DNA of 64,000 nt from Bacteroidota bacterium (GTDB lineage Bacteria; Bacteroidota; Bacteroidia; NS11-12g; UBA955): assembly GCA_030682255.1 (NCBI GenBank), contig JAUXOK010000026.1, forward strand, positions 96,567-160,566, written 5' to 3'. Both the position numbers and the translations under genes were made by a program. Below are positions 41,802-51,786 of this stretch, piece after piece. The stretch's first letter is position 1. Each line of letters opens with the position of its first letter. Below the pieces are notes generated by a model. The model was given only the letters and a program-made list of their open reading frames with translations, had not been told where the DNA came from and did not search any database.

Positions 41802-42692
41802 CTATGAATTTGCTTTTGCCCCTAAAACTTCTAACATTTTAGCGCCTATTTCAGCAGGTGATTCAACGACATGGATACCACATTCTCTCATAATAGCCAT
41901 TTTTGCAGCTGCGGTGTCATCTTTTCCTCCAACAATTGCACCAGCGTGTCCCATTCTTCTGCCAGCAGGTGCAGTTTGACCAGCTATGAAACCTACTACT
42001 GGTTTTGTACCATTAGCTTGTATCCATCTTGCAGCTTCTGCTTCCATTCCACCTCCTATTTCACCAATCATGATGATACCATCTGTATCTGGATCGTTCA
42101 TCAACATTTCTACGGCTTCTTTAGTGCTTGTTCCGATGATTGGATCTCCTCCAATGCCAATTGCAGTGCTTTGACCAAGACCCGCTTTGGTAATTTGATC
42201 TACAGCTTCGTATGTTAAAGTTCCTGATTTAGAAACAATACCAATTCTACCTGGTGTGAAAATAAATCCTGGCATGATACCTACTTTAGCACCACCGGGG
42301 GTCATTACACCTGGGCAATTAGGACCAATTAAAGTACAAGTTTTAGTTTTAAGATATTCCTTTACTTTAATCATATCCTTAGTTGGTATACCTTCAGTAA
42401 TACAAACTATCACATTGATACCTGCGTCAGCTGATTCTAAAATAGCATCAGCAGCGAAAGCAGGTGGAACAAAAATAATAGATACATTTGCAGCAGTAGC
42501 TTCAACAGCTTCTTGAACGGTGTTAAAAATTGGTTTATTTAAATCAGGGTGATTAGAACCACCTTTTCCTGGCGTAACACCACCAACAACATTGGTACCA
42601 TATTCCAACATTTGTGTGGCATGAAAAGTACCTTCTTTACCTGTAAAACCTTGTACAATAACTCTTGAATTTTTATCTACTAATACTGACAT
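41802..42692 (-). CDS. sucD: succinate--CoA ligase (ADP-forming) subunit alpha
   Basis: ...[14 protein letters not shown]...; phosphohistidine region GHAGAIV. Confidence 0.95.
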   Translation of the reverse strand: MSVLVDKNSRVIVQGFTGKEGTFHATQMLEYGTNVVGGVTPGKGGSNHPDLNKPIFNTVQEAVEATAANVSIIFVPPAFAADAILESADAGINVIVCITEGIPTKDMIKVKEYLKTKTCTLIGPNCPGVMTPGGAKVGIMPGFIFTPGRIGIVSKSGTLTYEAVDQITKAGLGQSTAIGIGGDPIIGTSTKEAVEMLMNDPDTDGIIMIGEIGGGMEAEAARWIQANGTKPVVGFIAGQTAPAGRRMGHAGAIVGGKDDTAAAKMAIMRECGIHVVESPAEIGAKMLEVLGAKANS

Positions 42693-42800
42693 TTCTAATG
42701 AATTTTAAGGTGCAAATATAGTGTGAAATATCTAAAAATAAGTCACATTTTTTTTTTAATTTCGCATTTTAAATCAAGCTTATAACAAAATAAAACAGAT

Positions 42801-43268
42801 ATGAATTTAGAAAAATATTCCCAATTAATAGAATCTTCGTTAGCCTCTCTTGGTTTAAATCCAACTGATTCAAGATGCGCAGAAGAAGGTCAGTGGCTAT
42901 TATTTAATGGCGAAACAGAAATATACATTGACTTATGGGAAGAAAAAAACGACAACCCTTGGTTATATTTTGAAAATGATGAACCCATTTTTATCTTTCA
43001 AGTAATTGCTCCAATTTGTCATCTACCAGCTGAAAATATTACTAGCTTTTATGAAAGTTTACTACACAACAACTTAAATCTTATCAATGCGTCTTATACA
43101 ATTAATAAAGAACAAAATATTTTAGCTGTTAAAATACGTAAAACCTCAAAATTTATTACTCAAGAAGAAATCATTGATTTGATAGAAGCTATAGGCTACT
43201 ATTCAGAAATCACCTATGATTCTCTAGCCGAAATATACACTTTAGAAAAAATAGCGAAAGAAAACTAA
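42801..43268 (+). CDS. hypothetical protein, possibly YbjN-like
   Basis: 155-aa acidic protein; weak resemblance to YbjN-type folds only. Confidence 0.35.
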   Translation: MNLEKYSQLIESSLASLGLNPTDSRCAEEGQWLLFNGETEIYIDLWEEKNDNPWLYFENDEPIFIFQVIAPICHLPAENITSFYESLLHNNLNLINASYTINKEQNILAVKIRKTSKFITQEEIIDLIEAIGYYSEITYDSLAEIYTLEKIAKEN

Positions 43269-43347
43269 CTTTTTTTTATCCTTCAGACAACCTTTTAAAT
43301 CAAAATGACTTCTAATGGATATCAACAAAATTGTAAAACCTGTGTAA

Positions 43348-43896
43348 ATGGCTGATTTCAATATTGAAACTCTTAATGAACTACTAGTTCAATGTATTGA
43401 TAAACAACCTAAAGCGCAAAAAAAGTTATTTGACATATTATCTCCCAGAATGTTTGCAATCTGCCTTAGATATTCACAAAATGAAGACGAAGCAAAAGAT
43501 TTACTTCAAGAAGGTTTCATTAAAATATTCAACAACCTCGAACAATTCAGCAATAAAGGTTCGCTTGAAGGATGGATTAAACGTATTTTCATAAACACGT
43601 GTATCGAATTTCATCGAAAAAATCAAAAACATCGTTTTTTAGACAATATTGAAAATGTAACCGAAATTTCAATTGATAGTCAAACTCTATCGTTATTGAA
43701 AAAAGCCGATTTGATGAAACTTGTCCAAAAACTCCCCAAAGGCTATAGAACAGTTTTCAACTTATTTGTAGTTGACGGATATGGACACAGCGAAATTGCT
43801 GAAATGTTAAATGTTTCAGAAAACACAAGTAAAACACAACTATTTAGAGCAAGACAAATACTGCAAGAGATAATATTAAAACAAGATTTAAAGTGA
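43348..43896 (+). CDS. RNA polymerase ECF-type sigma-70 factor
   Basis: Region-2 motif ...EDEAKDLLQEGFIKIF...; region-4 HTH ...GYGHSEIAEMLNVSENTSKTQLFRARQIL. Confidence 0.9.
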   Translation: MADFNIETLNELLVQCIDKQPKAQKKLFDILSPRMFAICLRYSQNEDEAKDLLQEGFIKIFNNLEQFSNKGSLEGWIKRIFINTCIEFHRKNQKHRFLDNIENVTEISIDSQTLSLLKKADLMKLVQKLPKGYRTVFNLFVVDGYGHSEIAEMLNVSENTSKTQLFRARQILQEIILKQDLK

Positions 43897-44807
43897 TAGA
43901 AAAAAATATAAATAACGAATTTGACAGCCTTTTTAAAGAAGGACTAGAAAACAATGCTATAACACCACCAAACGGTGTTTGGGAAAATCTATCTTCTCAA
44001 ATGGGTAGTCAGGCTTCAAATGTAACTATTGCAAAAACTATCGCAACAAAAACAACTAGTCTTTGGATTAAAACAAGTTTATTTATTGCTGTAGCTTCCA
44101 TTTCAGGAGTTATTGCCTATCAAGCTTTCAACTCAAAAACCGAACAACAAACACTAAATTCTGAAATAGCAAACAACGCAAATACTACTAATAATTCTGG
44201 CCAAACAATTATTCAATCGGAAGAAATAGAATCAGAATTGAATGAAAGCGAAAAATCAGATAACAAAAATATAGGGGTCACACCACCTATTTTAAATGAA
44301 AAAAGCAAGAGCAAACCTCAAAATGCAACTCATAACACGAAAGAAACAATTGTAATAGAGAACAAAACTACAGCAAAAGAATCTAAAGATATTAGTGATA
44401 ATATTGATAACACTTCAAAAAACACAAATTCCAAGTTGCCAGAAACTCAACCGAATGAGACTATTCAAAATGATGAAATTTACAAGGATGAAAGTGAACC
44501 AATTACATTGAATCCGATCAAAAAAGATACTATTTTTATAATTATACCAAATGTTGTTACACCCAATAACGATGGCATCAATGATGTGTATCGCATAGAA
44601 ATGAAAGGTGAAATCAAATTTTACATGGCAATTTTTAATGATAAAATGGAACGCATTTTTGAGACAAGCAACAAAAACAATGCATGGGATTGCAAACTCT
44701 CAAATTTAGAGGATGCGCCAGCCGGAAATTACATTGTAATTGTAAAATATCAGTTGAAAAACTCTGATGAAAAAACCGAAACAACAAAGCTTAAATTAAT
44801 TCGATAA
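43893..44807 (+). CDS. putative anti-sigma factor (single-pass membrane protein) with a C-terminal T9SS type-B sorting domain
   Basis: GTG start overlapping the sigma gene stop codon (GTGA); one TM helix (TSLFIAVASISGVIAYQAF) after a roughly 55-aa N-terminal segment; S/N/T/E-rich linker; C-terminus IIPNVVTPNNDGINDVYRI...GNYIVIVKY. Confidence 0.55.
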   Translation: MIEKNINNEFDSLFKEGLENNAITPPNGVWENLSSQMGSQASNVTIAKTIATKTTSLWIKTSLFIAVASISGVIAYQAFNSKTEQQTLNSEIANNANTTNNSGQTIIQSEEIESELNESEKSDNKNIGVTPPILNEKSKSKPQNATHNTKETIVIENKTTAKESKDISDNIDNTSKNTNSKLPETQPNETIQNDEIYKDESEPITLNPIKKDTIFIIIPNVVTPNNDGINDVYRIEMKGEIKFYMAIFNDKMERIFETSNKNNAWDCKLSNLEDAPAGNYIVIVKYQLKNSDEKTETTKLKLIR

Positions 44808-44842
44808 AAAACAATTTGGAAAATTAAAAAAATGAACATAAT

Positions 44843-47800
44843 ATGCAAACTCAAAAGAATATGAATAAAATAAATCAAATACTCAGATTTAGTAAGGCAG
44901 TTGGTCTCTTACTTTTCTTAGCTTTTACGAGCTCAGAATTAAGTGCACAGTGCAGTATTACAACGGGGGCATCACCATGTGTTGGCGAACCAGTACTATT
45001 TAATTGTAACGCAGTTGGTGCTACAAATTTCAATTGGAATTTCAATAGCGAAGGTTCAAATACCTCCGCATGTAATCCTACATTTGTATTTAACACACCT
45101 GGACTAAAAACAATTACATTGTCGTTAAGGCTTGCCAATGGCAATACTTGTAATGCAACAACAACTATTGATGTTAAACCAAAACCAATTGTTAGAATCA
45201 GTAGAATTGTTCAACAAACGCAGTGTTTTGCTGGCAATAGCTTTTGTTTCAGAGATAGTAGTATTTCAGGTGAAACAGGTGGAAATATTTGCAAAACTAC
45301 CATCGTATTTGATGATGGAGTGAGATATACTTTTACCGGCAATGGACCACGCACATTCTGTCATTCATTTGGCGACCCTGCGGGTGGAACATATGGTATG
45401 ACAGTTGAAATTGAAGATTGTAATGGCTGTTTAGTTAAAACAAGACTCGATGCCGTTGCTATTGTTCAGGCATCTTTGGGTTTATCATTTTCATCTCCAA
45501 GACCTCAACGTTGCGATAGTGTTCAATTATGTGTTACCAATAATTCAACTATTCCACTCAGCCAAGTTTCTTCATTTAGATGGAATTGGGGAAATGGCCA
45601 AGTAACCACTGGTAATTCAACAACACCACAATTTTGGGGAAATCCAGGACAAACGCCTAACAATCCTATTTGCCATTGGTTTAAAACTCAAGGACCAAAT
45701 AATGGTAGTTTTAACTCTAGATTAATTGTAACTTCAGTATTTGGTTGTACAGATTCATTTACATTCAACGCTTCTGCAACTAATTTAATTATCAAACCTG
45801 TTATTGTAGCCGACAGAGATTCTGTTTGTATAACTGATCCTCAAATTAACTTTAGATTAAAAAATGGACCTGTTCCATTAGCAGCCAATCCAGTTTGGAA
45901 CTTTGGTAATCCTCCTAGCGGACCACTAAATATCAGTAGACAGTGGACAGGCTCACACGCAGCATGGGGATTAGGACCATACAAAATAAACTTTTCATTC
46001 ACACACCAAATACCAGGATGTAGCAGAACAGTTTATGACACTATCTTAGTTATAGGGCCGCAATCTGTTATTGAAACGGGACCAAGCAATTGGTTAGTTG
46101 ACACTTTAAGATACCAATGTGTCATTAAAGACACCGTTAAATTTAAAAACTTTTCTCAATTTTATCACAATGATAAAAACATGATGGATGATGATTCTCT
46201 TATTATCATCATTAAAGATAGCATCATGGTGAACAAAAACACTGGGGTTATTGTAACAGGACAAACCTATAATCCTTCTATCCACGAATGGGTTTTTCCA
46301 GGATTTAATGCGCCTATGTCACACTCGTTCAACAAATTACCGCCTCCTGCACCTGTTCCTAGCAATGGACAAACATCGCTAGAGCACCATAATCAACAAA
46401 GAGGAAACTCTTGTACAATAAGATTGTGGGATTTTGATGATGACTATTGTGAAAAATGTACTACCGATACCAAAAACGGAGTCAACATAGGAAAAAACTG
46501 TAAATACAGTAAAGACTCATTACCACAGCACTGGTATACGCCATGGGATTCTTTATACATGACTAACTTTGGATTAAGATCAGAAAATGTATTTAGATAT
46601 GACCAAGATTCTGGGTTGTGTTACCAAAGAAGACTTTGGTCTAATGATTCTGTAGCAATTATCAGAGATACTTTCTTGTTTTATGGTGACAATCCTATTG
46701 GCAATTCAGCAAAAGATTCTGCCATTTTTGCAAATATTAAAAACAAAGTGATGGTTCCTTGGGGTGTTCAAGGAAAAGCAAAAATAGACATAACCATAGC
46801 AACAAGAGTTCGTGTTCCGGGTGGAGACACGTTATTTGTTGACCCTAATAATGGTCTTGCTCCTAACAGATGGATAGGACCTAGGTATGTCACCATTCAA
46901 CCAGGTAATTCATTGGTATTAAAATCTACTACAGATAGAGTGTTTTATCACTTTTGGTTACAATACATTGTTGATACCATTCCTTTACATTTAGTAGAAC
47001 CATGGCACAAAGTATTTACAAAAATACCAATGCCAAGTTTCCAAATAGGCGATAGTGTAAATGCGGATGCTCATCGTCAGAAATTTTATTCTGGAGATGT
47101 TGTTAGATGTTTCAATGTTAGACTTAAACACAAAGATACATGCCATGATTTAGAATGTGAAAATGAAGCTGTAGCATCATTAGCGCTGCAACCACCTAGT
47201 GCCAAAAAACTAAGAAAAGAAGGTGTATTATGTTTAGGCGGAGCCCAACAAACTTATGGTATCACATTTATTTTAGAAGATACTAAACCTAGTTGTTCTA
47301 GAACTTGGGCTGAAATCAATTATGATACTGCATTAAACAAAAATGGCTGGTTGAATTTAATAGGACCAAACTTAGGTGGCGGTGCTGTACCAACAGGAGC
47401 ACTTCCTCCAGTAAACCCTCCATATTTAGGCTATATTCCTGCAGGTCCTGCTCCTGGCAGATTCTCTAAACAATTTACGGTAGATGACATTAAAGATACT
47501 GTTACAGGCTATATCAATGTTGGACTAATTGTTGGAACAGGTATATGGACTAATTATCTTAACCAAGGAATCAGAACAAGTACATATGGCTATCCAATGG
47601 ATTGTCACGATACGGTTTATTATGAAAAATTTGCACGATTCCCTATTCTAGACAATCAATTCAGAATCATTAAACCAAAACAAGGTGATGCCTTTACTAA
47701 AATTTGCAGAAAAGATACCATCTGTTTAACTACTATGGCTTGGAACAGATCTTACATTCCAGATGTAGCAGAAACTCAATGGAGTTTAACCGGAGCTAAT

Positions 47801-50326
47801 GTTGGAAAATACTTTAATCAATATTATATTCTAAGTGTAAATGAAACTTATGAAAGATTCAAAACCATTCATCCAGATACGCCATATTTAGAAGACAGAT
47901 TGAGAGTCGTAAAAACATCATTCTTTGATGGTACTACAACAAAACTAGATAGTCAAAATATCAGAGTAGCTAAAGTTACTAAATGGCACACAGAAGCTGA
48001 TATTACGCCTGTATTTGACATCATCAAAGCCATTTTAGAATTCAACAGAATTGATATTTACGAATTAACCCCTGCTCAAATAAATGAAATTATTTGGAAT
48101 GGTGTTGGACAATTCGGAAGACCATATACAGGTTCAAGAGGTTGCTTAGATACTACAGGATTTGGTAGATTCATCAGATTCTACAAAGTAGCCGATGAAA
48201 AAGAAAGCTTACATTATAGAGACTCAAGTTTATTACCTTTAGAAACTGTTAAAGGTTGGGATGGTAACACCTATAATGCTTATTGTTTCATCCCTCAGTT
48301 TTCAGGTTACTATGTTGCCAATTATGGATTAAGAAGTACACCACCTGAAAATTGTAATAAGACCACAGGAACCGCTAAAAAAGTAATTGTTGGCTTCTGG
48401 AATCAAATGAATTACAACGATACAATCATTTGTCATGGAAGTCCTATTACATCTACGCCACAATTTAGATATTTTGAAGTATTCCCTGAAATTACCTTCC
48501 AATTATTAGACCCTACAGATTATTGGAGACAAAGAATAAGCGAAGCAGGAAATACCAATAGAGAAACAGTTACAAGATGGGACTTAAGCAAAGAAGATGA
48601 TGGAACTCATCCTCAATCTATATTTGGTGGTTTCCCATATGGCGCTTCTGGATTAGGAAATCCTACCATTACGCTTGGTGGCATTGCTGGTGGTATTTAT
48701 TACTTCCAAGACAGTGGAAGAACTTATTTAATTAGAACTGCAGTTGGTGATAGCGCAGGCTGTAGAGACACAATATCTCAAGACATTTATGTTTCTGCGG
48801 TAAGAGCTAAGTTTGACATCAGTCAAAAACGACCTCAGTGTAATACGATTATCGACTTTTTCGATGAATCATTTATTCAAGATCCATGTCCAGACAAATT
48901 AGGAGTACCTTGTGATAGAATTATCAAATGGACCATAGATTGGGGTGATAAAGCCAGAAATTCAGTTAACCGTTTCTTTGACAATCTTCCGCCAAATATA
49001 GCCCATGATTATACAAGAAATGGTAAATTCTGGATTAAATTAACTGTTGAATCAGAATTAGGTTGTATTGATGTAGATTCATTGGAAATATATATTCCTG
49101 GTCCTACACCATTCTTTGATACTTTAATTCCAAGAAGATATTGCGTGGGCGAAAAAGTAGACTTCTCTAATTTAAGCACATATGCTAGAGCAGATAGCAG
49201 TGTTTGGATATGGAGTTTTGGTGATAATCAATTTGGCAACCAAACTGATACCATCACACCACAAAATGATACAATTTCTAATAGATATAAAGCTGCTGGC
49301 ACCTATTCAATTTTCTTATACCATTACTTTAAATTAAAAGTTGGTAATACTTGGAAAACCTGTTCTGTTGTATACCCTGATACAAGTAATGGACAACAAG
49401 CTCATTTCACAATTGAAGTATTTGCATTGGATAGCACGAAAGTTTCTGTCAGACCTGCTGAAGTTTGTGTTGGAGACAGTGTATTTTTAGATGGCTATGT
49501 TGTTCCTCACGATCGTTATTCATTGTACAAATGGAATTTAGGCAAAACATTGACAGATACTTTAGTTACTCCTGATACAAGCCTTGTTAGATTCTATAAT
49601 ATACCTGGCCGATATGTAATCAAATTCCAAGGGGATGTCAATAGTGCATCCACATTGAATCAGAAAATATGTCCTGGAATAGATAGTGTTGTACTCTTAG
49701 TTGGGGATGTTAAAGCTAACTTTGAAATTGATTCAACAAGAAAGCCACTATTCTGTTTCAATAACACATCTACCAACAACACAGTGAATAGATGGAGCTT
49801 CTACAACGATCAATCAAACATTGTAGACCCAACTGCTGACCGACCTAAACCTAGAAACTTTATAAACAATGGCAACTCTGCAGATTATGATAAACCTCAA
49901 ATCTGTGAAGATTACAGAGATTCACTTGGTGAATACTGGGTATGTTTAGAAGTAGAAAATGCGATTGGATGTAAAGATACTGTTTGTAAAAAAGTATTCA
50001 ATGATTTCCAAGCAATCATTCGTCCACCAAACGTATTTACTCCTAATTCAGATGGATTTGCTGGAGTGGATAGAGAAGGATTACCAGGTAATAACGTATT
50101 TAACATCGAAATAAAAGGTCATGAAAAATATGATTTAATTATCTACGATCGTTGGGGAGTTAAAGTGTTTGAATCTCAAGATTCTCAAAACGACTGGAAT
50201 GGTAAAGTTAAAAACACTGGTGTAGAATGCCCAGATGGCACATACTACTATATTCTGAAATATAAATTCAAAGGTTCCGAAAAAGATGAAGATATACTAA
50301 ATGGTGTAGTAAGATTGATTCGATAA
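44843..50326 (+). CDS. 1827-aa secreted protein with a T9SS type-B sorting domain (gliding motility-associated CTD)
   Basis: Signal peptide ...LLFLAFTSSELSAQ; Cys-containing, PKD/Ig-like repeated modules; C-terminus PPNVFTPNSDGFAGVDREGLPGNNVFNIEIKG...GTYYYILKY. Confidence 0.7.
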   Translation: MQTQKNMNKINQILRFSKAVGLLLFLAFTSSELSAQCSITTGASPCVGEPVLFNCNAVGATNFNWNFNSEGSNTSACNPTFVFNTPGLKTITLSLRLANGNTCNATTTIDVKPKPIVRISRIVQQTQCFAGNSFCFRDSSISGETGGNICKTTIVFDDGVRYTFTGNGPRTFCHSFGDPAGGTYGMTVEIEDCNGCLVKTRLDAVAIVQASLGLSFSSPRPQRCDSVQLCVTNNSTIPLSQVSSFRWNWGNGQVTTGNSTTPQFWGNPGQTPNNPICHWFKTQGPNNGSFNSRLIVTSVFGCTDSFTFNASATNLIIKPVIVADRDSVCITDPQINFRLKNGPVPLAANPVWNFGNPPSGPLNISRQWTGSHAAWGLGPYKINFSFTHQIPGCSRTVYDTILVIGPQSVIETGPSNWLVDTLRYQCVIKDTVKFKNFSQFYHNDKNMMDDDSLIIIIKDSIMVNKNTGVIVTGQTYNPSIHEWVFPGFNAPMSHSFNKLPPPAPVPSNGQTSLEHHNQQRGNSCTIRLWDFDDDYCEKCTTDTKNGVNIGKNCKYSKDSLPQHWYTPWDSLYMTNFGLRSENVFRYDQDSGLCYQRRLWSNDSVAIIRDTFLFYGDNPIGNSAKDSAIFANIKNKVMVPWGVQGKAKIDITIATRVRVPGGDTLFVDPNNGLAPNRWIGPRYVTIQPGNSLVLKSTTDRVFYHFWLQYIVDTIPLHLVEPWHKVFTKIPMPSFQIGDSVNADAHRQKFYSGDVVRCFNVRLKHKDTCHDLECENEAVASLALQPPSAKKLRKEGVLCLGGAQQTYGITFILEDTKPSCSRTWAEINYDTALNKNGWLNLIGPNLGGGAVPTGALPPVNPPYLGYIPAGPAPGRFSKQFTVDDIKDTVTGYINVGLIVGTGIWTNYLNQGIRTSTYGYPMDCHDTVYYEKFARFPILDNQFRIIKPKQGDAFTKICRKDTICLTTMAWNRSYIPDVAETQWSLTGANVGKYFNQYYILSVNETYERFKTIHPDTPYLEDRLRVVKTSFFDGTTTKLDSQNIRVAKVTKWHTEADITPVFDIIKAILEFNRIDIYELTPAQINEIIWNGVGQFGRPYTGSRGCLDTTGFGRFIRFYKVADEKESLHYRDSSLLPLETVKGWDGNTYNAYCFIPQFSGYYVANYGLRSTPPENCNKTTGTAKKVIVGFWNQMNYNDTIICHGSPITSTPQFRYFEVFPEITFQLLDPTDYWRQRISEAGNTNRETVTRWDLSKEDDGTHPQSIFGGFPYGASGLGNPTITLGGIAGGIYYFQDSGRTYLIRTAVGDSAGCRDTISQDIYVSAVRAKFDISQKRPQCNTIIDFFDESFIQDPCPDKLGVPCDRIIKWTIDWGDKARNSVNRFFDNLPPNIAHDYTRNGKFWIKLTVESELGCIDVDSLEIYIPGPTPFFDTLIPRRYCVGEKVDFSNLSTYARADSSVWIWSFGDNQFGNQTDTITPQNDTISNRYKAAGTYSIFLYHYFKLKVGNTWKTCSVVYPDTSNGQQAHFTIEVFALDSTKVSVRPAEVCVGDSVFLDGYVVPHDRYSLYKWNLGKTLTDTLVTPDTSLVRFYNIPGRYVIKFQGDVNSASTLNQKICPGIDSVVLLVGDVKANFEIDSTRKPLFCFNNTSTNNTVNRWSFYNDQSNIVDPTADRPKPRNFINNGNSADYDKPQICEDYRDSLGEYWVCLEVENAIGCKDTVCKKVFNDFQAIIRPPNVFTPNSDGFAGVDREGLPGNNVFNIEIKGHEKYDLIIYDRWGVKVFESQDSQNDWNGKVKNTGVECPDGTYYYILKYKFKGSEKDEDILNGVVRLIR

Positions 50327-50353
50327 TTTAATCATTAAATAAATATATCAAAT

Positions 50354-50383
50354 AGCCCTGACAAAATCAGGGCTATTTTTTTT
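50354..50383 (+). terminator. rho-independent terminator after the 1827-aa gene
   Basis: AGCCCTGacaaaatCAGGGCT followed by ATTTTTTTTT. Confidence 0.8.
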
Positions 50384-50394
50384 AAATTCGCTGC

Positions 50395-51786
50395 ATGTTT
50401 TCTAAAAACTACCCCTCAGATGATACCATAGTCGCCATTGCTACTGCAAATGGCAAAGGTGCAATTGGCATCATCAGAATATCTGGCAGAAATGCTTTTC
50501 AAATTGCTGAAAAACTCTGTAATAAAAACGTCTCGAAATGGAATAGCCACACCATTCACCTGAGTAGCTTTTATGACAATAAAAGACCAATTGACCAAGG
50601 TTTGGTTCTTAAATTCGATAGCCCAAACACTTATACAGGCGAAGATGTTATTGAACTTAATTGTCACGGTTCGCCTTTGATTCTCAATTTAATTTTAAAC
50701 ACTTGCATACAACTAGGTGCAAGACTTGCTTCTCCTGGAGAATTTACCTTCAGGGCTTTTATTAATGGAAAGCTAGATTTATCGCAAGCGGAAGCTGTTT
50801 CAGATGTTATCAATGCTGAAAACGAAGTTTCTCTTCAAAACTCACTCAAACATCTTAAAGGTGGATTCTCAAAATCTATAGACAAACTAAAAGGTGAATT
50901 AATCCATTTTGCATCGCTCATTGAATTAGAATTAGACTTTGGCGAGGAAGATGTAGAATTTGCAGACCGATCTCAACTGCTATCTAAAATCAACGAACTC
51001 ATCAGCGAAATTAATTACTTGGTGAATTCCTTTAAAACGGGTAATGCCATCACAAAGGGTATTCCTGTGGCGATAGTTGGCAAACCCAATGCTGGCAAAT
51101 CATCTTTACTCAACACCTTACTAAATGATGACAGAGCCATTGTTTCCGATATTGCAGGCACAACCAGAGATACAATCGAAGAACTATTTAATATCAAAGG
51201 AGTAGCATTTAGATTAATAGACACCGCAGGTATCAGAATATCAACCGACCAAATAGAACAAATCGGTATTGAAAAAGCTTTTAGCAAAATAAAAAGTGCT
51301 GACATCATACTTTATTTGATTGATGCAGAAAAATTTGACTTATCAGAAATAGAATACTTTTTTGAGCAAAACCAATCCGCAAGCAATCAAATCATTTTTT
51401 GTATCAACAAAATAGATTTAATGCCAGAAAACAAACTTTCTGAAATTCGTCAAATTTTAAAAATCAAAAAAGATTATAATTCTATTTTAATATCATGCCA
51501 TCTAAGGGAAAGCATTGAGCAATTGAAAATAATGTTAACCGCAGACATCAACCATAAACTAGAAAACAACAACCATGTATTAACCAATAGTCGACATTAT
51601 AATTCCCTCATTCAAACCAACGAACACTTAATAAAATGTCAAGCTGCCATAGAACAATCCAATAGCCATGACATGCTAGCCGAGGATTTAAGAATGGCTT
51701 TGCATCATTTATCCGAGATTACTGGCGATATAAGTAACGATGATTTACTAGAAAATATTTTTCGGAACTTCTGTATCGGAAAGTAG
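50395..51786 (+). CDS. mnmE: tRNA uridine-5-carboxymethylaminomethyl modification GTPase
   Basis: DTIVAIATANGKGAIGIIRISG N-terminus, G-domain GKPNAGKSSLLN, C-terminal CIGK. Confidence 0.95.
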   Translation: MFSKNYPSDDTIVAIATANGKGAIGIIRISGRNAFQIAEKLCNKNVSKWNSHTIHLSSFYDNKRPIDQGLVLKFDSPNTYTGEDVIELNCHGSPLILNLILNTCIQLGARLASPGEFTFRAFINGKLDLSQAEAVSDVINAENEVSLQNSLKHLKGGFSKSIDKLKGELIHFASLIELELDFGEEDVEFADRSQLLSKINELISEINYLVNSFKTGNAITKGIPVAIVGKPNAGKSSLLNTLLNDDRAIVSDIAGTTRDTIEELFNIKGVAFRLIDTAGIRISTDQIEQIGIEKAFSKIKSADIILYLIDAEKFDLSEIEYFFEQNQSASNQIIFCINKIDLMPENKLSEIRQILKIKKDYNSILISCHLRESIEQLKIMLTADINHKLENNNHVLTNSRHYNSLIQTNEHLIKCQAAIEQSNSHDMLAEDLRMALHHLSEITGDISNDDLLENIFRNFCIGK

